A DNA stretch of 64,000 nt from Takakia lepidozioides (lineage: Eukaryota > Plantae > Bryophyta). This document shows positions 1 to 12,548 of the stretch, in pieces. Below the pieces are notes generated by a model. That model worked only from the letters and a program-made list of their open reading frames with translations, was not told the origin of the DNA and ran no database searches. The position numbers were made by a program, and so were the translations under genes. The stretch is from NCBI GenBank assembly GCA_030704615.1, contig CM060731.1:56854001-56918000 (forward strand). The letters run 5' to 3'. Numbering within the stretch: position 1 is the stretch's first letter; every line of letters starts with the position of its first letter.

Positions 1-151
1 AGTTGTAGACCAGAGTTTTTCATGTCATTGGAAGATGTGCAGGCACTCTGAGTATCAGATTCCTTGTGTGTGTTGACGAAGGCTTCTCTGCAGTGATTTC
101 CGTGATCACTTTTGATTTTTTGTGATTTACCATTCGGAAATTAAAAACCAA

Positions 152-275
152 CAGTCGGTAGCTCAGTTGGCTAAGTGCACTAAGTGCGACCGAGACGATT
201 CTGGGGTCTAATCTTGCTACTGACGGGTGTGGCATACTCTTCTCCCCGGTTCCTGGGTGGTGTCCCGTTCCTATG
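152..275 (+). mobile_element. tRNA-derived SINE-like head (mirror copy at ~22668-22791 on the - strand)
   Basis: A-box-like TAGCTCAGTTGG and a degenerate B box; resembles the copies at ~58047, ~38120 and ~60790. Confidence 0.5.
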
Positions 276-856
276 AGTCTTCTCATATGCTTTTTTTGTT
301 GATATATTTCTGTCACATGCACATAGAACTTTCAGATCAGGGCCAGAAACTCACAATGTCAGAAACAAGCTCCCTCTCCACAGGAGAGAAGACTCGGTCT
401 GCTCCCAGGCTTGAATATGCTGTCCTCTTAGCAGGCTGCAGCACCACTACAGTCAATCAGTATGCAGCCATAAACTGAGATGTAGTGAAGAGACAAGTTA
501 TCATTCTCAGTGCTCCATGTCTGTAACGCAGACTTAAAAACCCAAGTTTCAAATGCAAACCTTTAATGCAGATTCACACTAGGAAACCATATGAGAAGAA
601 CTCTTCACACCCTCGCTAGACAGGAACATGTCTTGTCCATCATCATCAAACAAATCATTTATCCATTGGCTGTTCGTCTTTTAAACGTTATTCACTCCAG
701 GAAAAACAACTATGTATTTGCTGACAGGTGCAGAAATTCAATGAAAGAATCGGGTAACCTTAAGTGGACTGCCATCTTCATGGTTTCCCACAACTGAAGT
801 AGCTACTGCTCAGTGATGGCTCCCCATATACTACAGACTTGACATAAGAATCTTAC

Positions 857-946
857 ATCAACATTGTAAACAGCCCCTATGTCAATCTTGTGAGGGCACT
901 TGTCCCTTATGGCCAGCTCCATCCTAGCAGCATCATGGAAGGACAA
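857..946 (-). pseudogene. DNA primase small-subunit (PRIM1-like) exon fragment, mirror copy
   Basis: SFHDAARMELAIRDKCPHKIDIGAVYNVD followed by a GTAAGA donor; KIDIGAVY is the PRIM1 motif. Confidence 0.8.
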
Positions 947-1739
947 CGTAATGCTCCAAGGTGAACGAGAACTCCCTCCTCCCGAAAAGGAGGGGTCGCA
1001 CCCTTGATGCTTTCCATCTGCAGACCCCACGCATGCAAAATTGCAGCCCCTCTCTCAGTAGGCTGTATAAATTCACTGGATGTTAAAGAATCTTTATCTT
1101 TATCTCCTGAGGACAATCTATTGTAGTAAAACCTAGTGAAACCTGAACTTAAAATGCTGCCCTAATAGTTGCTTCCTGAAATGCCAAAAAGCCCATACAC
1201 AAATGTAGCATTCTTCCCTCTTGAAAGCCAAACTTCCAATGTCCAAGTGAGACCTCCCTGTTTAATTAAGACATAATTCTCTTTGCCATTCTTGTATTGA
1301 AATAAAGTAGCCTGAGTTGTACCACTGTTGTTTACAATCTTTACAAGGTAAGACCCATTTCTCTTCCTTCTTTCTTTCTCACTCTGAGCAGTGATAGCAG
1401 CATTCTTCTCTAACTCCTCATATTCCTCAACTGGGCCCAAGAGCTCCTGCAGTGTGCCATGTGACATACATGAATTTTCTATAGAGCATGTGTGAAATTG
1501 CAAATCATAGAGTCTAACTTGGTGAGAACACGACTAAATCAAAACCCCCTCTTCACTCATTACCTGCTCTAGCCAAGTGTAATTATGGGCTGACTTCCCA
1601 CCTATGCTGTAGACCCCACTACCATTTCCTATTTGCCCTCAACAGTACACTGGAAATGGTGGATGAACTGAGTAGCTACACAGATCAATGAATGAAGTAA
1701 GACAATCCCACCATCCTACCTTTCCATAAAAACATCGAT

Positions 1740-2562
1740 TCACCAATAATCCCCGCAAGAACAAACCCCATCTTCGAAGTGATGAAAGTGGTTAGCTTCC
1801 CTGCTCGACCAACAATCCTTGAGGTGAACTTGGTGTAAGTGTGGCAGTCACCACATACCCGGAGATTCTTGATGGGAGAGGAGTCCAAGGGGACGTGCTG
1901 ATCAGCCCAAAACCAATGGCCAGCCTATCTCTGTGGTGGCCAAGAGAAAAACCTTTTGCTCCTCCCCCACATCATGCAATACAAAGCGTGTGTTAGGCAC
2001 ATACCTTACCTCCTTCATCTGCACAGACAATCTTCTCACCTCAGCATGGGATTCCTCAATTTCTGAATGCAATTTCTCATCTACAAAAATGCACCCTAAT
2101 TCCAACCTCAATGCAGCAGTGACCTGGCTCCTTTCTAACCCCTCCGACCTTCATCATATTTCTCAACTTGCACTATCGTCCCACCTGCCAGCTACGGCAT
2201 AGATGTTTGATAGCAACACATAAGTCGCAGCCTCTTGTTCATCCCACTAGAGAATAGATGTTGCCACACATTCAGCCATCCACATTGCCGTCGATTCTGC
2301 AGGCACCAAGCAACGCCATCCACACCGCAGTATTTGGTTTCATTGATATTTTGTTGATGAGGTCCTCTGCCTCATCCAATTGCCCCACACGGCCAAGAAG
2401 GTCCACCATGGAGCCAAACTGTTTGATGCCATGATCTTCACTCAGGGAGTTAGTTAAAGTAGTACTTGCCGTCATCCACTCGGCCAGCAAGGCTACATGC
2501 AGAGAGAACACATAGCTTGAAGCCTTCCACTTGCATTTCTTCCAATAGTTGTACGGCTCCAT
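1740..2562 (-). pseudogene. Degenerate PPR E/E+/DYW pseudogene, mirror copy
   Basis: MVDLLGRVGQLDEAEDLI, IKNLRVCGDCH and terminal CSCGDYW* spread across shifted frames with stops. Confidence 0.9.
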
Positions 2563-3145
2563 ATATTTTAAATTATCTTTTTAAACAATTGTAAATTTCA
2601 AAGCATGTACACAAATATTCCAAATGCCGGACCCAAGAAAAAGTTTAATTTTCATTAGCCACAAACTCATTCAAAGCCGTAGCATCACTTAGATCTAATT
2701 TTTTTTGAGATGGTTCAAATGCCATAGTCACTATTGAGATTATGGTATCAACATCAATCCACTATGTATCGCTGGAATCATATTTGAACTTCAGGTGACC
2801 TCTACCTCATTTCATCATGATGGATTAGAGCTTGACAAGGATGGATACATTATACTGTAGATAAAAAGAAAGAAAGAAACTACGTCAAATGGAGAAAAAC
2901 AGTTTTTGCATGGAACAAATCAATACAAGTTTCTATCCCTGTAGAGTAGCAAATTGATTTATCAGTATATAAAGCGAGACGTTTGTTTTGTTTTGTTTTG
3001 TTGCGTTGAGATGTCCCAAACCGCGAGGTCCCAGCCCTGATGCTTGGTAACGTTGGAAAGCCCTCGACGAGGAGGGGTGCACAGGCTTGGTCTCATAGTT
3101 TTCGGACCTCCGGTGTGGGAGATGTGAAATTTCAAGTACTTTTCA

Positions 3146-3722
3146 AGAAGCCAGCTAAACTCCAATCTGAATGCCAAGATAATCGTTTAATTGGCTATAT
3201 TGGACAGGTAGAAGCGGAGGATTTGTTTGACCGCGTGTTATGTGATTTCTTACGTTTTATCAAGGAGTGACGGGGACAAATTTTGTGATGGCTCATTGAG
3301 AAGGTGAGATTCATTGGGATACTGGCTCTATTTTTTTGTGTTTGGTGACATTTCTATATATTCTCTTGTTGTTGTCACACCTTTCCACGCTATAGAAGTA
3401 TACTACTAAGTTAGACTGCTTCTGTATTCAACCATGGACCAACTTCAAGAACCTGTGAAAAAGGGACACAAATTAATGACAAGTATGTTTTCATAACCAA
3501 TCAATGAGTTCATCAGCTTTGTGTTACACTGATACGATGGTGTGACAAGTTTGCAGGATATTCCAAAATAATTTTGTTTCCAGGGGAGTCGGCAGGTCAA
3601 TTGGTTCAACACCAAGGCGTGGTTGTGTGTTGTAGTGCACTGGGCATCAGGTGCCATTGAGAATTGAGATTAGGTGTGAATATTCTTGAAGTTGTGTTTT
3701 GGCTACACTTGGCGGTGAGTCA
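3146..3722 (+). pseudogene. 5'-truncated, diverged copy of the 3' end and 3' flank of the Crinkler-like gene
   Basis: KKPAKLQSECQDNRLIGYIGQVEAEDLFDRVLCDFLRFIKE* versus the 23439-23562 C-terminus; the downstream ~450 bp matches the reverse complement of 22978-23438 with substitutions and small indels. Confidence 0.9.
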
Positions 3723-5082
3723 AGGGGGGCCTGATTTGTGAGCTGTCGCTCCGAGGTGTTACCCTTTTTTTTAGAAAAAACAATAAACTAAAATAAACTA
3801 AAAGAATAAATACAAATATATGAAGAGGTACAAATACATGAAGAAATCAAAAGTGCTTTTTATTTCGGAACAAAGGGAGTAAAAGATGAAAACCATTATT
3901 TAGAGTTCACCTTATTTGTGTCACTATGCACTAGTAATGTACAAGTCAAAAAAATTAATGTAAGACATTGATATATAGTGACCTACAAAGTTGCACAAAT
4001 AGCTAGGTGATTTTTACATTATGGAGCCGGGCTGCATGCAGGGGCGGGCTGCCCTTCAATTTTCCTAGAGCCCAACTAAACCGGCAAATCACAGATCTCA
4101 TAACGGGGCACCACCACCTCGTGCATGTCAGGAAACGGGCCCTCCACTTGCTGACTGGAGAATGTCTGTCTCTGCGTTGCAAGGGAAACTCCGCTTCAAG
4201 GTTTTTAGTCGGTGCTCTTCTTTCCAATTCCATACCACCTTGCAATCTTTGCGTTCCTCTCCTGTTTTTCATTTGTTTTTGTTTTGATTCTCCACTGCAA
4301 TCACACACCACATTTTCATGTATTTCGTTTCTGTCACCCCAACATTTCCTCTCCAAGCATTTATTGCTCAATTCCCAGTCTCCGATTGCATAGGGGTTCT
4401 TGCAACCCTAGCTGTTCGTGCATAGGGCCATGGAGGAGGAGGATGCGGATCTTGATCGTGGCTTTCGTTTCGATCGTTGTTCGGGAAGCGCAAGCGGACC
4501 AGTCAAAGGCGGAGAGCGCCTGTGCTCGGCGACTTAGGCAGAAGTCCTCATATGCAATATCACGCTCTGTCTCTCGTCCGTGAGGTATTCCACAATGGCA
4601 ATCGTTCGAAAATTGAGCATAGTTTCCGATTTTGTGATTGAAGTGAAACTTAATTTTCTTGTTGTTGTCAAAAGTAAGGTGATCGTACCAAAATAAGTGA
4701 TATATTAATCATTGGGCATAGTTACTACTATTAGAATGGTCAAGTTTTTGTATATTATTGTTAGCAAATCAAAGTGGATTCCAATGCAGCAAAGAATGCA
4801 TGGATTCAAAAATCATAAGGTTTCGAAGTTTTTTGTTAGGTGACTTAGAACCGACGCAAGTTTTTATGTCAAGGTGGTGGACATTTTCAAAATTAATTTG
4901 TACTCATCGTGAAAGATTTTAGTTCTGAATTAAATACCTCTACCTTATTTAATCTTTAAGTTCCCAAGCCCTTTTTTGACTTTTTACCAATTTTTGGTAC
5001 CCAACTGCAGTAAATTACCCCTAGAAACCTACCAAAACTCATCCAGAGATTCCAACCATATAGCAGTGGACCTAGCTCATTT

Positions 5083-6170
5083 ATGCATGACATACCAAAA
5101 ATGAGCCGAGTCCATGAACACTTAGCTCAGTATTTAAGCACCCTGGAATTTCCCCCAGGATTGGATCGACATGCCCAACGAAGGCTTCGACTGCACAACA
5201 TGAAGTTTGCTCTTGTGGGAGGGCAATTTTATAGAAGGGGATTGGATAGACTCTTGAGCCGATGCGTCACCCCGGAGGAGGTTCCCCAGATTTTAGAGTC
5301 AGCCCATGATAGCATGTGCGGAGGACACTTTGCAGGGCGGCTCACAGTGCAGAAGGCTTCGAAGGTAGGAGACTATTGGCCCTCCATGTTCAAAGATGCG
5401 CACATGCATGTGCGAAAATGCGACTTTTGTCAAAGGTACGCCAAGCGAAATAACAGGCTCGGAATGCCATTAGTCCCACTCTCCCCTTGCTCCGTTTGAG
5501 AAGTGGGGGATCGACTATGTAGGGGAAGTGCACCCTGCATCGAGTCGACAAAATCGCTACATCATTATAGCCACTGAGTATCTGACCAAGTGGGCAGAAG
5601 CCAAAGCGGTTAAGAGAGCCAACGCAAAAGTAACCGCCTCTTTCATTTATGAATATATCATTTCCCGATTCGGATGCCCAAAAGAGATAGTGAGTGACAG
5701 AGGATCTCACTTCATCAACGACATCATCGAGGAAATGATGGTGGCATTCTCTATCAAGCATCACAATGCGACCCCTTATCATCCACAAACGAGTGGGCAG
5801 GTGGAGCGCGCCAACCAAACCCTGTGCAACATTCTCTCCAAGACAATCAGGGAGCACAAAAGGGATTGGGACACCAAGTTAATTTCGGCCTTGTGGGCAT
5901 TTCGCACAACCCATAAGGTAACTACTCGACATACCCCCTTTTCATTGGTTTATGGGGTAGAGTTCATCATGCCAATCGAGACATAAATCCCATCTCTACG
6001 ATTGGCCATTACCGAACGATTGGCGACAATCAGAGTCATTAAAGGAACGACTCGAGATGTTGGAAGGACTAGATGAAATCCGGCAAGCAGCAGCTCAGCA
6101 CATTGAGGCAGTGCAACGGCGAAGGAAGGCTCGCTTCGATGCTAAGCGCAAAAAGAGAATCTTCGATCCA
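5083..6170 (+). mobile_element. Ty3/Gypsy integrase remnant (HHCC zinc finger + rve core), frameshifted
   Basis: AHDSMCGGHF...CDFCQR; IVSDRGSHF; TPYHPQTSGQVERANQTL; ALWAFRTT...TPFSLVYG. Confidence 0.9.
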
Positions 6171-6419
6171 TGGATTGTTTCTTTGGAGCCACCGATAAAT
6201 GCTACCCAGCACACCTGGGAGGGTAGGGGCTTTGCACCGTGGCAATTGTGAGATTATACCGTTGGCCCAGACCTCAAATATCAGGTCCCAAAGAAAAAGT
6301 GAGAAAAAAATTGGTTTGACCAAATTAAAACCTAGCTTTATCCAATTTTGATTGCCCCAAGACCCACCATTTCCAAATCAAAAGTGGAGTGGCTATGACC
6401 CCATGAAATTGCAGGTCCA

Positions 6420-6444
6420 AGGGTTTAGGGTTTAGGGTTCAGGG
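6420..6444 (+). repeat. Short plant telomere-type repeat tract
   Basis: AGGG TTTAGGG TTTAGGG TTCAGGG read directly. Confidence 0.75.
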
Positions 6445-7516
6445 TGGTCAACAAAGGCTTGCAAAGATAACAAAAAGTAGAAAAAATACTGGAAAAAGAC
6501 AGTAAATTTTAAGGGGGGCCAGTTCGGACCCAAATACAAATGCAATGGAAACCAAGACAAATGCATACAAAGTGCGCCTATCGTGCCTAAAGGGATGCTA
6601 TAAGACTATTAAGAATGAGGCACTTTCGCTCCAACCGTAAGCTTTTTTATGTTTGTTCCTCCTTGTTTAGCGACAAAAATCTTGCTCACTATGGGCAAGC
6701 ATGCGCTCAAGGCACTCACAAACATAGGGTCAAGTCTCAACCCCTAGTTGGAAAACTTATATGCCCCACCTTCAAAAAGAGGTTCGTACCTCTAAGGAAG
6801 AATGGGAGGGATTACCGCATAAGGTCATCCACGAGAAGGTTAGGTCGGCAGAGGCTTGCGCATGCCCATAGTCCTCTGATCGCTGGAAATGAACTCGAGG
6901 GAGGATTAACCAAGTCCCTTCTCTCCGACCATCGGGCGTACGACAGGGGGGACCATGTAGTCGGGGCTAAATTAGCTTGCCCGACACGATTACCATATAC
7001 CCCCAGCCGGCTTCCCATTGTCAACGGTGGCTAAGATAGCGTCAAACGGAAGGCTCTATATGCCCATGCTTCAGAATGAAAAAAGGCCTCAGAAGTATCC
7101 AAGGGTTGGGATTCCCCTTGGAGCCGAGCACCCCTTCGATCCTAGTTGCCCGGGCGGGCAAGGACTAGACTCTCGACTTCTCTAAGTGTGAAGACACAAA
7201 AAGAATTAAGGCGTTTTATTCCAAACAAGTTTCACTTGATTGCTCAAGCTCATCAATGGAACACCAAGAGATGGAGTCCTAAGAGCCAAGCCTATCCTTA
7301 TATACTAGAAAAGCACCTTCACTATGTGCAAACGATATGGGATAATTCCCAAGGCAATAATAATGCCACTAAAGCACTAATTTAGCCTCCAAGTCAAGAC
7401 TGCATTAATTAGTCAATGGTCCAAATTAATTGTTGGAACCCTTTGACTTTAACATCAATACTAGGGCTATCAAAGAGACAAAAATTAATAGTGCTAGGGA
7501 CATTTGCACTACAAAA

Positions 7517-8178
7517 TCATCCTATCATTCTAGATTTAACTAAGAATGAACTCAGCTTTCGCGGATTCCTCCAACAAATCATCGCTCGAGGAAGAAACCG
7601 AAGCTCCAGGACTTGCTAAAGCAACTCGTAGAGTCTAGGATTTAGGGTGGCCCCCAAGTTTAAAGCTCGAGTGTACGAATAGTAGTCGAGCTTAAGAACA
7701 AGGGGGGCCCGTTTACCCTCAACTACGCGTTGCGTCTGTTGGTCGAGTAGAGCGGATTTGAGGTCGTAGGAGATCTTGGTGAAGCAACTCCGGATGAACG
7801 CCGCCGGATAACCTCGGGCTCAAAGACGTTTGTAAAACAAAAGTCGCAAATGGTTGAACCCTTGGATGGTGCTTTCTCGTATTACGTACCGTTGGAGCTC
7901 GCCGATGATGAGATCTTTCTTTTGGTGATGTGGATGCCACGAGGACCAAGGCAAGTATTGATACTTGTTCTGGGCTTTTTGATGACATCTAATAGAGAGC
8001 CGTCAAGTTTGGATGAAGTCGTCTCCTTTGAAGAATGTGATATCCAAGATGTCGGCGGACGTGGGGCTTATGGCGGTCGTGATTTTGATGTCATCAAACA
8101 TGGAACCGTAGTTCCGTAACCAGGACCGGAGGCTTTTTTCGGAGCCTACCCAGATGCCAAAGTCGTCGTCGATATAGC
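7517..8178 (-). mobile_element. Penelope-like element, 3' half of RT (YIDD through thumb), ending without a GIY-YIG endonuclease
   Basis: Minus-strand translation through internal stops: YIDDDFGIWVGSEKSL...DILDITFFKG...HQKAQNKYQYLPWSSWHP...GELQRY...ARGYP...ICWRNPRKLSSFLVKSRMIG*. Confidence 0.85.
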
Positions 8179-9386
8179 AAGAGGGTTCTCTCCTTTGCGG
8201 AGCGACAACTCCTGGGCCTTGGTCTCAATTACATTCCTCGTCCTCTTCCCCCTTCCCGATCTTCAATCATCACCGAATTCAACAATTTTGCTCGAAGCTT
8301 GAGGTTGCAAACGTTCTTCTCCGGCAAAGACAACGATGAGGTTCCTCTTTGGCGCGTTTCGAATCCATCATTCAATCCGCCGGTGGAATCTCAACCACTC
8401 GAGGCCATCATTCAAGAAGGTAATGATATTTTGTCTAGCCGTTTGGATCAAATCGCCCGCAATGCACGACCTTGTCTGCCGAGACACTTGAGACTTGCTC
8501 TCAAAAGATTGAGGTCGGATCCGGACCTTGTCATCAAACCGGCCGACAAAAATCTTGGTCTTGTGCTTATGGACAAGTCTTGGTACATGCAAGAGGCGAT
8601 GCGGCAACTCTCAGACACCGAAGTTTATCGTCCCGTGGATTCCGTACCGTGGGAAGAACTTTGGTCGAGGTTGGAAGTGCTATCTTGCCATCCAATCTAC
8701 AGGTTTGCGATCTCCACCAAAGAATGGAATTACATCCGCCAACGCCCTCGGTCGTCCATGGACTTTCAAGCTTGTGCTTTGTACTTCATTCCGCACAAAC
8801 CCATGCTTGTTGGAAGACCCATTTGTTCCTACAACAATTACATCTTCGAGCATGCTTCAATTTGGCTTCATCACCAACTCCTTCCAGTACTTCTCAAGGA
8901 ACCCACTCATTTGGTTGATTCTCTCACGCTTTTTCGAGAGGTTTCCCAACTCGAGGTCCCCTCGCATACTCTTCTTTTTATGTTTGACGTGGAATCTCTG
9001 TATCCCAGCATCATCACCGAGCTCGGCTTGTATGAGCTTGAATGTGCTATTGGAGGTAATTTCACCAAACACAAATAGACCTGATCCTGACCCTCGCTGG
9101 ATTAGTCTTGAGACACCATTACCTTGAGTTCAATGATAGTTTTTGGCACCAAATTCGCGGGACGGCGATGGGGAGCAACTTTGCAGTTGTTTATGCTTGT
9201 TTGTTCCTTTGTCGGTTGGAGATGTACATGGAGTACGTGTGCCCATCGGAGCGAGAGCTACTTTATCTTAAGCGCTATATCGACGACGGCTTTGGCATCT
9301 AGGTAGGCTCCGAAAAGAGCCTCCAGTCCTGGTTACGGAACTATGGTTCCATGTTTGATGACATCAAAATCACGACCGCCAAAAGC
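8179..9386 (+). mobile_element. Penelope-like element, 5' half of RT (N-terminal extension to YIDD), degenerate
   Basis: LSFAERQLLGLGLNYIP; FARSLRLQTFF; LVIKPADKNLGLVLMD; GRPICS; FDVESLYPSI; GTAMGSNFAVVYA; RYIDDGF. Confidence 0.88.
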
Positions 9387-9726
9387 TCAGGAGCTCCTGG
9401 CATAACTCGAATCAGACAGACATGACGAGTTTTCTTCTAAATTCTGATGAGGCAGCCAACCCTCCATCTTCAGTACATCAGTTTGGAGAGAAATGGGAAT
9501 CCCTTGCCACCGCCATCGAGCACCATCTCTTGCAAAAGCAATCAAACGGTTACTCTAACTTCCCTTCACCTCTGCACAAATATTGGTTCTCTAATGTCCT
9601 ACAAAATGCCATGAGGATAAACACCTAGACTCTTGGAGCAATGTCATTTGTTCTGAGAAACAGTTTCAGTTCCAGCATGGTACATGACACATCCTTTCAT
9701 CTTCCATAGAAAGAAGAAATCCAAAG

Positions 9727-10697
9727 GGAGGTCACTTCCAAATATTACCACTTGACGTGCAAAAAAATATAGGGTGCCCAAAATTTTGAGAAAATAAAAT
9801 TTAGAATATATTTATAGGGTACTAATATATTGGCGGCACCACATTTAAATTAATATAGGGTCCAAAATGAAGAAGGATTCTTCAAAAAAATTAAAATTAA
9901 TATATGATGGAGATAGATTAAATGGACACGTGTCGATCAGTGACACGCAGCGGAGAGGGCGTAGGCGCATGTGCACAACAACCTTAGGCTTTCCTCTCTC
10001 CTGTCGGCTGCAATTCGTGGTGACATTGTGCTAGACAGACAGAAAGAAAGGGTTGTGCGCTCAGTGGTGCAAGCATTGTGGCCCATAGGTTTTGAAGGAC
10101 GTGACAATGGAGAAGCGTAGATTGAGAGGAAAGATGGCAACACAAGCATGGCGGCCCATAGGTTTTGAGAGACATGGTGGATAGGCAGAATACAAAAAAT
10201 GAGCAGAAAGATATGGAGCAGGTGGGAGGTCTCTCGACAACCAGTTGATCTCCTTAACAAACCAGCCACAACAATCATGGTGCTTCTCAACTACTTCTCA
10301 AAATCTAGAGGGCATCTGAAATTCAAATATGATGTAACTGACAGCAAGTGGATAAATATAAATTCGATTATTAGTTCAGTTACTATGAGATTTGATTTTG
10401 CTCAAAACTTTTATACTTAAAATGATGTTGATGCATCTACTTTGGATAAAGTTGTTTCCAGCAAATAAAAAATTCATTATCCCGTATTTTTTTAATAAAA
10501 ATTTCAGGTTAATACAGGATGTCCAATATTTGTTATCTGCTATTAAATATAAATAATATAGCCTACAAGAAAATATGTCATATTACAAAATTATGTAATA
10601 ATAGGGTGGCCAAAAATCCAGAAAATAAAATTAATACCCCCATAGAAAATGCCTATTTGCCTCACGTGCCTAGGAAACTAGATAGGGAGTGACCTCC
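9727..10697. mobile_element. Putative non-autonomous TIR DNA transposon (MULE/MITE-like)
   Basis: GGGAGGTCACTTCC at the left and GGGAGTGACCTCCC at the right are inverted; AGAAGAAATC occurs a few bases outside both ends; AT-rich non-coding interior. Confidence 0.45.
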
Positions 10698-12548
10698 CCG
10701 AGAAGAAATCTCAGCCTCTGCAAATTTCTCCCTTGCCACAACACTTACAGTATTTCAAGCCACTGGACCGACCATATTGCAAAGCAATTGTCTGTTGGTC
10801 GAGCTGGGGATAGGTAACATTGATGACACAGAATGATCACATCAGCACCACAGGAGATAAAAAGAAGAACAAACCCAAACCCTAGCAATGGGGAAATGCG
10901 AGAACTCTCTGTATCTTCAACATGCAGCCCAGGCTCCATCTGCTCTTAACTTCCATCTATACTTCTGCATCATTGTAAGGAAACACACCATTGGCAAAGT
11001 CCATCAGTGAAGACTATGTTTGCGTCTCTATCATCCCCTCACAAATAGTTGCAAGGGTTCCTAACAAATAGGCAAAGTGAGGAGCTACCCGACAGACCTC
11101 TCTAAAAACATTCCAATCACACACGACCTCGAGTTGTGGGGCTAAGAAAAAGATAGACACCGAAAAAGCTCAAGTCAAGTCAACAAACTACAAAGGAACA
11201 AACTAAGAGTTATGTTCTAAGTTCAAGTACATGTTGTATGTCTAACCCATAACCTCATCACAAAATAGCACTTCCCTCTGTGAAAGACAGTTCATCTGAC
11301 AGTGAGGTGACATTACTAGTGCAAAACCTGATGCAATCTATAATTACACAATGCAATGATACCTGCAGTCAGAGCTTCAATTTGAGAAGATGAATTATAA
11401 AAGAGAAATAGAGGAGCTGGTGGAACGGAGCAAGAAGGAAAATGGAGCCCTTGGCCAGGAACTAAGGCAAGCTTTGTTAGCCAGGCCAGTAGCAGAGTTT
11501 AAGGTCAGATGATGGGGTCAGTTCAATCATGTTGGAGTCGTGCAGAATGTCCGAACAAAAGTTAGGCATAAAACCCTAAAATCGTTTCCAGTTTGTGACA
11601 TAGGTGGGGGGAAGGGCAGTCTTGGTACTACTGATATTTAAGTCCAAAAGTGGGACTTACCTTCATATAAATAATTAATTCAGGTTTTCCATATTTCCTC
11701 CAGCAAGCTCTTCACGCAAACATCAATCTGCTGTGTGCGAGCTTCCTAGCAATTAGACCCCAGCAGGACCCAGGCTTTATGTTCAGCCTCAAGATATTGC
11801 AATTTGGCGAACAAAGATGCAGCAACCATGTACCTCATGGTCATAAAGAGCGTCACTCTCTAGCTTTTTTGGGGGACAATGGCATGAACGGAAAGCCCGT
11901 ATAGACAACCATCGTTGAGTGCCATTGCTATGCTAAGAAAATCCACAGAGCTCGAGACACCAATAGTTAGGAACTACTGAATTGAAATTTCTTCTATTCA
12001 CCATTCAGAACAACAACAGACCGCTTTCCTCCCTCGCATACTTTCCGAACATGCCAGTAAGTGCCAAAGATCTTGTAGACTCCCTCTCTTGCTCCTTGTT
12101 CGGAAGTGGTACCCATGGTGGAAGTGCCTAATTTTATCAGCCGTGCTACTGCTGCTGCTTCCAATTGACCATCTAACGTTCAAATTTCTTATAGTTATTA
12201 CTCCACAGTGCCTCACTCTTGTGCTCGCAATGTGGTCGCCTTGGAGCCCCGTAGAGAAGCTAACCCGAGAAAGAGAGCGCACAGCCACCAAGGTCTCTGG
12301 TTTCCTAAACCTAAATTTCTCTTATTTCTTGGACAAGTGCAGGTTCGGGGTTCAATTCCTGCTATGGCTTGTGTGTATGGTTTGTTTTGTGACATGTCGG
12401 TCTGGGGTGACGGTTCCTCTTGCGATATATGAAACGGAGGTTAAACTTTCCTCCTCCGCAAGGGCTTTGATGGATGGATGGATAACAATAATAGTCCTAT
12501 GGGGTCAAGTGACACCATAAGTTACGCTTGCACTTTGGATAACAATAC

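Larger units (their letters stand above)
1..3143 (-). repeat. Left arm of a long inverted repeat (reverse complement of 19800-22942; may extend beyond the window start)
   Basis: Position x pairs with 22943-x. Mirror ORFs translate identically (20-322/22621-22923, 1162-1503/21440-21781, 2272-2562/20381-20671). Identity stops at 3143/19800. Confidence 0.97.

Noticed and set aside
3723-5050. Possible non-autonomous DNA transposon
   Set aside because: The composition is suggestive, but I could not identify matching TIRs or a TSD.
6200-7516. Hammerhead ribozyme in the PLE 3' region
   Set aside because: I found no CTGANGA...GAAA core on the element's sense strand by eye; a covariance-model search would be needed.
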